64,000 bases of DNA from Balanoglossus misakiensis. Taxonomy: Eukaryota; Animalia; Hemichordata. Made by a program: the position numbers and the translations under genes. The notes beneath the pieces are model-generated. The model was not told the origin of the DNA, ran no database searches, and saw nothing but the letters and a program-made list of their open reading frames with translations. Shown in pieces: positions 55,379 through 64,000 of the stretch (its first letter is position 1; each line of letters begins with the position of its first letter). The stretch covers positions 146,208-210,207 of the forward strand of contig CM082594.2 of the NCBI GenBank assembly GCA_040954595.2, written 5' to 3'.

Positions 55379-55537
55379 TTAAAACTATGTATAATCACAT
55401 ACTAGATGTTTGAAAAATGGCAATGTCTTCTCTAAAGGTTATCCATCCAAAGGGATCTGACAAGGGTGTCCCCCTTCATTTTTTGTTTGTCATAGCAATT
55501 TTCGCGACTATTATATTAGATTTAGAGTTGACTATCT

Positions 55538-56379
55538 GATCTAGACAAACTAGCAGCGTGGGCCAACAAATGGAAAATGTCTTTTCATCCACACAAATGC
55601 TCTGTTCTGTCAGTAACAAGGAAACGTTCAATGATAATTAACCAGTACAGTTTAAACGGGAAGATAATCAAACACAGCTCATCCGAAAAGTATCTAGGGT
55701 GCACACTGACAGCTGATCTTGATTGGCACCAACATATTACTTTAATATGCAACAAAGCAAACAAAACACTTGGTTTCCTCCGTAGAAATCTCAACATAGG
55801 ATCAACATCGGTGAAAGAGAAGGCATACACAACACTTGTAAGACCACTAGTTGAATACGCCTCCACTGTTTGGGACCCATATGAACAGACCGACATAGCT
55901 TTGTTAGAAAAAACACAAAGACGCGCTGCACGCTACGTGACTGGCAGATTTCCAAATCGCTCTAGTGTTGACAACATGATAAATACCTTACATTGGACAT
56001 CATTAGAACAACGTAGAAAAGAAGCCAGACTATCGATGCCATATAAAATTTCAACAGGAACTGTTGCCATGAACAATCTTCAGCATCTCCAACCCCCGCT
56101 AAGACTCACTAGACACATGCATATAGTAAACGTTATAAAATTCCCAAATTCAAAACAGACTACAGAAAATATTCCTTCTTTCCAAGAACAATCCAAGACT
56201 GGAATAGTATACCACCAGACATCATATCTGCAGGGTCACATGAATCCTTCAAATCTTCTTTGGCACTATACTTCACCAAACCAGAAAACTGACATTTTTG
56301 ATGTCCTGTACTAGGGTGCACTCACTGGCAAAGCCTTCAATATGTTGAAGTTGGCCAGTAAGGTAGATAGATAGATAGA
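55538..56379 (+). mobile_element. CR1-group LINE 3' fragment (RT C-terminus) with (TAGA)n tail
   Basis: WKMSFHPHKC...KYLGCTL...KANKTLGFLRRNL...LVRPLVEYASTVWDPY; GTAGATAGATAGATAG tail. Confidence 0.88.
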
Positions 56380-56650
56380 CTAAAAGATAAATGGTGTCTA
56401 CGATTCCAAACACATAAAAATTACACCAGTTGTGGACGACACAACATTATTTTATTTGATGAGAGTAGTGTTCATCATGCCATTAATATTGTCAAAAAAT
56501 GTGTTAGTTTTAGAAACCCAACTAAATACACGAAAAGTTGGGCTTTAGATTGGTTAACTGAAAATCAGGCCAATTGCAATTTTTCGGGTTTAAGTGGCCC
56601 GATGCTCCCAACAAGTCACTTGGAATGTACTTTCATTCTAATAATTTATT
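56380..56650 (+). mobile_element. Degraded L1/Tx1-like RT fragment
   Basis: Remnant DDTTLF and FKWPDAPNKSLGMYF motifs. Confidence 0.45.
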
Positions 56651-57928
56651 AGCATGGAGTAATCTTACTTTTTACCATAAGGGTGGAACCATGATTCATT
56701 CTCAAGAGGGGTCTTGTACCAATACTCATAATGGTCTTCGATACCGGCAGGCATGTATAGCCTATGGCTACGCCCAGCATGAGGTGGTGATTCATACTGT
56801 TGGTTGTATGGACTAGCTGGGTTCGGTGTGGGCCTCATTGAATATGGGGGTGCAGGTGGCGTAAAATATCTGGTAAACCCTTCCAGTTCATATTGATGGA
56901 ACGTCCCTGCAAACTCTCCAGGATAATGGTTCTGATCGCATCCCCTCTGTACTGCACGTGGCAAAAGTGTCGAAATTGTCCCTATCCCATGCCTCCCCAT
57001 AACTGAAAACATCCTGTCCCCAAGGCCCTCCTTCACCCAGACTTGGATCATACCTTGATCGGAAAGTGTTTCGGGGCATGGGTTCAAGGGCATCATTTTC
57101 CCAACACCAATAAGAAAGTGTGGGTTGAATCCCCTCCTTCCCACGAATGCTATGTGATCTGTTGTTGTCATATTCGCCTGCCCTAGGACAAGGAGGGCAA
57201 CTTCTTTTGGCATTTACCCCCATAGCTCCTATTGTTACTACTCATAAAACTGTCTGATGAATAGTCAGTACGGGGGAATTTTCCGTTTTTGTGTCATACA
57301 CAACTTTCTTGTGAAACTCTGGTGTCAACCTAAGGTGGGGCATGTCCCGGGGGCACATCTTTCAACATGCCAGGTGTAACCTTACCAAATTTGTTTCTAA
57401 GGGCTACCTTTTCCCTTACCCCTGGTTAGTTCTCAGAGTCCTAGTGTCACATGTACTGATATACACTTTGTGATTGGAGGTCATCCTGATCGAATCGAAG
57501 GTGGCTCGCCAATCAACTCAAGAATTGAAGGGACTAAGTCTCTCTCTCGCTACCATTTTCCCATTAATTATGTTTGTTATCACATGAACTGGCCCGTATA
57601 GCCACGTGTGTGACATAGAACATGGGATTTAATGCTTAATTACTTCCGGTATTGCTATTTTCATGTATAAACAAAAAATCAAATGGCTCCATCAATAGAA
57701 ATTATATTCCGTGGTCAGATAAAATCATATGGTCACCATGTTTAATTTCATTGAATGGCTCAGCTCATAGAACAGCCTCATAATTCATAAACTAGAACAG
57801 CGACACAAATTTTCATGCAGATCTTGATAACACTTGTAGAGAAAAACAAAAAAATCTACATATTGAAAGAAATGGTGATACTTTGAACTGTATAAATTGA
57901 TAACCCAAGACAATAAATCAAAACTTAC

Positions 57929-58052
57929 TTTGTTCACAAAGGTCACCAGTGAAAACAATTCTGACAGAAACATGTGTACAGTTCACATGATCCAGATGTC
58001 CTCTGGCAGAAACCACTGTTCAAGCACGGATTGGGATCGCATTGGTTGATTC
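57929..58052 (-). pseudogene. Isolated 8-Cys EGF exon with a 1-bp frameshift
   Basis: CAG|GAATCAACC...GAACAAA|GTAAGT; reads INQCDPNPCLNSGFCQRTSGSCELYTCFCQNCF/TGDLCEQ; 124 bp rather than 123. Confidence 0.85.
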
Positions 58053-58253
58053 CTGGTTTTCAATACACAAGAAAGTTGGGACGATGAGCAATGGGGCAGA
58101 GACTGATCATCAAAAATTTGAGACAGGGAATTCCAACAAATGAGATCATTAAGTTATATATGCAAAGCAAATCATAAAAGAGAATCAGAAGATTTTCTCC
58201 GAAGGACACCTTGCAAATTCATGATTGGAAAGACACTGCAGTCACATGTATAT

Positions 58254-61200
58254 TGTAGTGTCCAAACACTGGTGAGCATCTATACTTTATACATTCTGTA
58301 AAATGACGTAATGCAACATTCGGGTCATTATGAATAAAGTGCGTGAACGAGGCTAGGCACTCTCACTCTTACATGCTGGACTTGGTGTCTCGTGTTGTCA
58401 TTATTGCCCACCCACGATTCTATATTTGGCGACGAGGACGGAGAACATGGAGAATCAGCTAGCCGTCAATGCGGAGTTTTCCTGTTCATTCAGACCCGAC
58501 AACCACCAGTACGAGATGGAAAAAGTACATGGCTAGATAGTCCATGGGCCAGACAGGAATTTGGTATCAGAAAGATGGACAAAGCCTCACATGGTTTTTT
58601 GGAAAGGCCTATATCTCTAGATTATAAATTGGGGTGATAGCCCTGCCTATCGAGTAGCTTTCTGCATTTTTTCCCTCAAAAACTAATGTAAGAACCTAAA
58701 AATTTCCGACCCAAATTTTGGGGGTAGGGGAACTTTAAATTGCTGTAACTCCAGCAAAACTAAAGCCAGAACAGTCATTTACCACTCAAATTGTGTGTTT
58801 TTTAGAACTCTACCAATATAATATATTTTGGTGGCAATTCGTTTTGAATTGAGGTCAATAGAGGTCAAAAGGTCATGAAATTTGGGTCATTCTGAAAATT
58901 TGTAGTATGACTATTTCTTGAACGATTTTTTTGAACTTAAGTCTTCAAATGTCATTTACAAGATAAAATACTCTCCCAGAATCTATTTCAAACCAATAGA
59001 AAACCTTATTATTCATTTATGACCAGAAAAACACAAATAAAGAGAAACGACAGAAAGACATCCAATTTTCCACTCAGATTTAAGGGTAGGGGAAACTTAA
59101 GTTCTTGTAACTCCGGCAAAAATAAACCCAGAACAGTCATCTACCACTCAAATTGTGTGTTTTTTAGAACTCTACCAATATAATATATTTTGGTGGTAAT
59201 TCGTTTTGAATTAAGGCCAATAGAGGTCAAAAGGTCATGAAATTTGGGTCATTCTGAACATTTGTAGTATGACTATTTCTTGAACGATTTTTTTGAACTT
59301 ACGTCTTTAAATGTCATTTAGAAGATAAAATACTCTCCCAGAATCTATTTCAAACCAATAAAAAACCCTATTATTCAATTACGATCAGAAAAACACAAAT
59401 ACAGAGATACGGAAGAATGGCACAAGACTTCAGACCCTGTTATTGGGGTAGTAGTTGTAACTCCGGCAAAAATAAAGCCAGAAAAGTCATCTACCTCTCA
59501 AATTGTGTGTTTTTTAGCACTCTAGTGATTGTATATGTATTTGTTGCAATTTTGTTTTGAATTTAGGTCAAAGAGGTCAAAAGATCACAAGATTTGGGTA
59601 ATTTCGAAAAATTATGGTACGAACATTTCCCGCATTAATTTTTTAAACCCAAGTCTTCAAATGTCATTTATGAGATAAAATACTCTACACGATTTTTTTT
59701 TCAGACCAATTGAAGACCTTATTATTCAATTACAATCAGAAAAAAAATTAGTAGAGAAACGGGATAATAACAAACAATTTCCCACGGATTTCGGGGTAGG
59801 TTTGGCCATCTAACAGGTAAGTATACACCCAACTGATCATGCACATATGGTGTTTAGGAGAACGGATGTGCAAATTTGTGAACCTTTGCATGCTGCTCAT
59901 GTGTACTGTACTTGTATGATGATTCCTAACACTACTACGAGAAGGGGCCATTAAGGCATTGTAGCTCTGATTGTGTATTATTGTTGGATACCATCCTACA
60001 GTGTACAGGCACAGCAGATGACAAGCCAAGCAAAGGTTCAAAAATCTGCTTATTTTTTCCCCTCGACACAATATGAGTATGATCTATTTATATTCAGGTC
60101 CAGTATAATAAATAAAAAATGGCAAACCCATCTTCTATTCCACACAAGAGGGCTCGACGGGATTGTTTTCTCGACTGTCATGAATCCGACCATAAAGCAA
60201 GCCTCGTCACTCTACAAGATCACGCCTCCTGGATAACTTTGCTGAATACAGCTAACATACAAAAATACAAACCAATTCAGGACCTCGCCATTGGTTTGGG
60301 CGAATGTGAAATTCCTCAGGTGCAGTACCATCGGAAATGCCGAAGTCTCTTTACGATGAAAAAGGCTCTTGAATCTATCCTTTCTAAAGAGCAGTCGTCA
60401 TCAACTGAGGGAACCAATACACTGGAACGTAAAAAAGAGGTCGAGCATACAAGGGTCTCGGTGTGATCACATTTGCCTATTTTGCTCAAGCAGGTTCAAG
60501 TCATATGGAGGTTGATGAAAGTCAACATGATCAAGATACTAGTTATGAGGATGTCCTGCAAATTGCTCAAGAAGAGTTATTTTCTTTTATCAGAAATGAT
60601 TTGTTCACAAACCCTGAGGTAGTTCCCCTGACTGATCTATCAAACAAGTTAGTTACCAAAATTGGTGTTAAACAGGTTAACAATTCCACCAACAAAACTT
60701 GCAGCATACGCTAAATACGGAATTCAAAGGGACAATGATGTAAATGGTAGGGTGCTTGTATATCCGTCTCACTAGATATAGGTACTGTTGACCTGAAGTA
60801 CAATGCTGAAAAGAACTTCTTGCAGCAGAAAAACAATCACATGAAAGTATCATCACCACATCTGCTCTAATCCTGCTTACGCTGCTTGAATATCAGGCCT
60901 TGTATAGTCCCTATAACACTTTCTATGATAGTGACCCTCAGCAGCAACCAACTCACGACTGAGAAGTGCACGAATTTTACTGTCGTTTTTTCTTGTTGCT
61001 GCCTCCCTTAATGTGTTGTCCGCACGCAATTGCTGACAACGAACTAAATGAGCTCTTGTCCTACTTCCCTTCATGTACTTGGTGGTGGAGCAAAATAGGC
61101 AAATGTGATCACACCGAGACCCTTGTATGCTCGACCTCTTTTTTACGTTCCAGTGTATTGGTTCCCTCAGTTGATGATGACTGCTCTTTAGAAAGGATAG

Positions 61201-63535
61201 ATTCAAGAGCCTTTTTCATCGTAAAGAGACTTCGGCATTTCCGATGGTACTGCACCTGAGGAATTTCACCTTCGCCCAAACCAATGGCGAGGTCCTGAAT
61301 TGGTTTGTATTTTTGTATGTTAGCTGTATTCAGCAAAGTTATCCAGGAGGCGTGATCTTGTAGAGTGACGAGGCCATTTTTTTTATTTATTATACTGGAC
61401 CTGAATATAAATAGATCATGCTCATATTGTGTTGAGGAAAAAAACAAGCAGATTTTTGAACCTATGCTTGGCTTGTCATCTGCTGTGCCTGTACACTGAA
61501 GGATGGTATCCAACAATAATACACAATCAGAGCTACAATGCTATAATGGCCCCTTCTCGTAGTATTGCTAGGAATCATCATACAAGTACAGTGCACATGA
61601 GCAGCATGCAAAGGTTCACAAATTTGCACATCCATTCTCCTAAACACCATATGTGCATGATCAATTGGGTGTATACTTACCTGTTAGATGGCCAAATCTA
61701 CCCCCAAATCCGTGGGAAATTGTTTGTTATTATCCCGTTTCTCTACTAATTTTTTTTCTGATTGTAATTGAATAATAAGGTCTTCAATTGGTCTGAAAAA
61801 AAATCGTGTAGAGTATTTTATCTCATAAATGACATTTGAAGACTTGGGTTTAAAAAATTAATGCGGGAAATGTTCGTACCATAATTTTTCGAAATTACCC
61901 AAATCTTGTGATCTTTTGACCTCTTTGACCTAAATTCAAAACAAAATTGCAACAAATACATATACAATCGCTAGAGTGCTAAAAAACACACAATTTGAGA
62001 GGTAGATGACTTTTCTGGCTTTATTTTTGCCGGAGTTACAACTACTACCCCAATAACAGGGTCTGAAGTCTTGTGCCATTCTTCCGTATCTCTGTATTTG
62101 TGTTTTTCTGATCGTAATTGAATAATAGGGTTTTTTATTGGTTTGAAATAGATTCTGGGAGAGTATTTTATCTTGTAAATGACATTTAAAGACTTAAGTT
62201 CAAAAAAATCGTTCAAGAAATAGTCATACTACAAATGTTCAGAATGACCCGAATTTCATGACCTTTTGACCTCTATTGACCTCAATTCAAAACGAATTAC
62301 CACCAAAAAATATTATTTTGGTAGAGTTCTAAAAAACACACAATTTGAGTGGTAAATGACTGTTCTGGCTTTAGTTTTGCTGGAGTTACAGCAATTTAAA
62401 GTTCCCCTACCCCCAAAATTTGGGTCGGAAATTTTTAGGTTCTTACATTAGTTTTTGAGGGAAAAAATGCAGAAAGCTACTCGATAGGAAGGGCTATCAC
62501 CCCAATTTATAATCTAGAGATATAGGCCTTTCCAAAAATCTATGTGAGGCTTTGTCCATCTTTCTGATACCAATTTATGAAAAATCGGGTCCTGGCCCAT
62601 GGACTAAGAGTAGAAAACGCATTTGTCGCATTCAACATTACAGATGACAAGCGACAACGTGCACTGCTATTGCACTGGCCAGGTGAGGAAGTTTCCGACT
62701 TCTTTGATACTCTACCAGATACAGGAACGAGCTGTGAAACAGCCAAATTAAAGCTTGCGTCGTACTTCTCACCCAAACGGAACATTGAATACGAACGATT
62801 CATCTTCAGAGACACCATACAAAACAACGGCGAATCGATTGATGCCTATCACACTTGTTTGCAACGCCTAGCAGAAACATATGTGACTTCACCAATAAGG
62901 ATCAAGAGGTCAAATCACAAATCATACGAGGATTCACATCAGCCCGTCTCAGACGTCGTGCTCTTTGGGAGGAGACGACACTAGAGAAGCTACTGAGTAC
63001 AGCCCGTTCATTTGAGGTATCAGAGGTTCAGGCTAGTGGGATTGAGGAGAAACCCCATAATAATGGTGCAGACACGGCATCTGTGAATGCGGTCAGAAAA
63101 CAGCGCCATCAACGCCCGAAACCCAATAAACAAAAGAGAGCTCATCAGCAGCCAGCGAAAGGACCGTCCACTTGTTATGATTGTGGTGGCACCTATCCAC
63201 ATGACTCAGTATGTCCAGCTAAAGGCAAGTCATGCAGGAAGTGTGGCAAACCTAACCATTTTGCCAAATGCTACCGATCAAAAGGCAAGGCAAATAGGGT
63301 AGACAAGGATGAAACTGTCAAAGCTGTGCATAAAGTGGAAGACAGCTCGGGAGATGAATACTGCTTCACTGTACAACAATCAAATGGTAGGAGGCCTCGA
63401 GTAACAGTGCAGATAGAACAAACAGCAGTTGCCTCACTGATCGACCCTGGTTCTACAATAAACATGATGAGTGTAAACACATACAACAACCTAAAGAACA
63501 AACCCATGTGGCAAACAGAAAGCCCGTTTTACCAC
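58254..63535 (+). mobile_element. gag: Gypsy LTR/gag remnant, copy 3, interrupted by the Academ-like element
   Basis: PBS near 58427; gag resumes at 62607 exactly where it broke at 58537. Confidence 0.9.
58538..62606. mobile_element. Academ-like DNA transposon, foldback derivative with 1.5-1.95 kb inverted arms carrying the transposase N-terminus
   Basis: Termini TAGTCCATGGGCCAG / CTGGCCCATGGACTA; 3-bp TSD AGA confirmed by the empty site near 13616; fragments QYHRKCRSLF and CLFC...ELVAAEGHYHRKCYRDYT. Confidence 0.85.
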
Positions 63536-63560
63536 TGCCAGCAGTGCATTATTGAGTATT

Positions 63561-63874
63561 ATATTATACCAGTATATTGATGGTGTAAATCACGCTATTT
63601 GATTGGTCGAGACACGACACGTGACCGTGATATATTAGCCATATACCACAGTCATATATCATAGTTAAAGAAAATGCCTTTTTAAAATGTTTTATGCAAA
63701 GTTTCAATATACTGGCATAATATAATAGCAATAAAACACCCCCAGCCATGGTATACCACTCGATTTTGACCAGTTCAACTCCATATACGCACTCGCTATC
63801 GCTCGTGCGTATATGTCGTGAACTGGTCAAAATCTCGTGATATACCATGGCTGGGGGTGTTTTATTGCTTAATT
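63561..63874. mobile_element. Small hairpin-ended insertion (Crypton-like non-autonomous element, tentative), specific to copy 3
   Basis: Absent at the equivalent site near 14568 (GAGTATTTTAGC); contains a near-perfect palindrome at 63727-63869. Confidence 0.7.
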
Positions 63875-64000
63875 TTAGCATCGCTGGATTTAGCTCTCGT
63901 CCAATCAGAATTGCGGACGGTAGCATGATATAATATAATTGAGAATAAATCTCACGACAAGTGTACAGTTTGACAATGTACACAGATAATCCGTTTCAAC

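Larger units (their letters stand above)
31621..64000 (+). repeat. Segmental tandem duplication, copy 3 (expanded, more diverged, runs off the window end)
   Basis: Colinear blocks: 31621-36719 = 1-5117; 36720-37868 = 6501-7587; 47229-51920 = 7775-11957; 58071-64000 = 13151-14696. Large extra segments lie between them. Confidence 0.93.

Noticed and set aside
73-63983. Most short ORFs in the supplied six-frame track
   Set aside because: They are antisense or off-frame to real exons, or lie in repeats and introns. They recur only because the DNA is duplicated.

Overview
Eukaryotic, intron-rich, AT-rich DNA, probably from a marine invertebrate (inferred from the repeat families and EGF exon style; not proven). 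The window is a head-to-tail segmental tandem array: copy 1 is 1-15575, copy 2 is 15576-31620, and copy 3 is 31621 to beyond 64000 (about 33 kb, structurally the most complete). Each copy carries a decayed minus-strand multi-exon gene: Cys-rich CPAGxYC-type (GCC2/GCC3-like) exons followed by one-exon-one-domain, phase-1 EGF exons. Most EGF exons have an unusual 8-cysteine pattern. Several exons carry stops, frameshifts or transposon insertions, so I call them pseudogenic. Introns hold L2/CR1/L1 LINE fragments, a Mag-type Gypsy 5' end, TTAA-targeting (Kolobok-like) MITEs that differ between copies, a P-like MITE splitting an exon, and a 7 kb nest of Helentron/DINE-1-like elements. A 4.07 kb foldback Academ-like transposon built from two 5' ends sits inside the Gypsy gag of copy 3. 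No intact protein-coding gene, RNA gene or CRISPR array is supported, and most ORFs in the supplied track are spurious.
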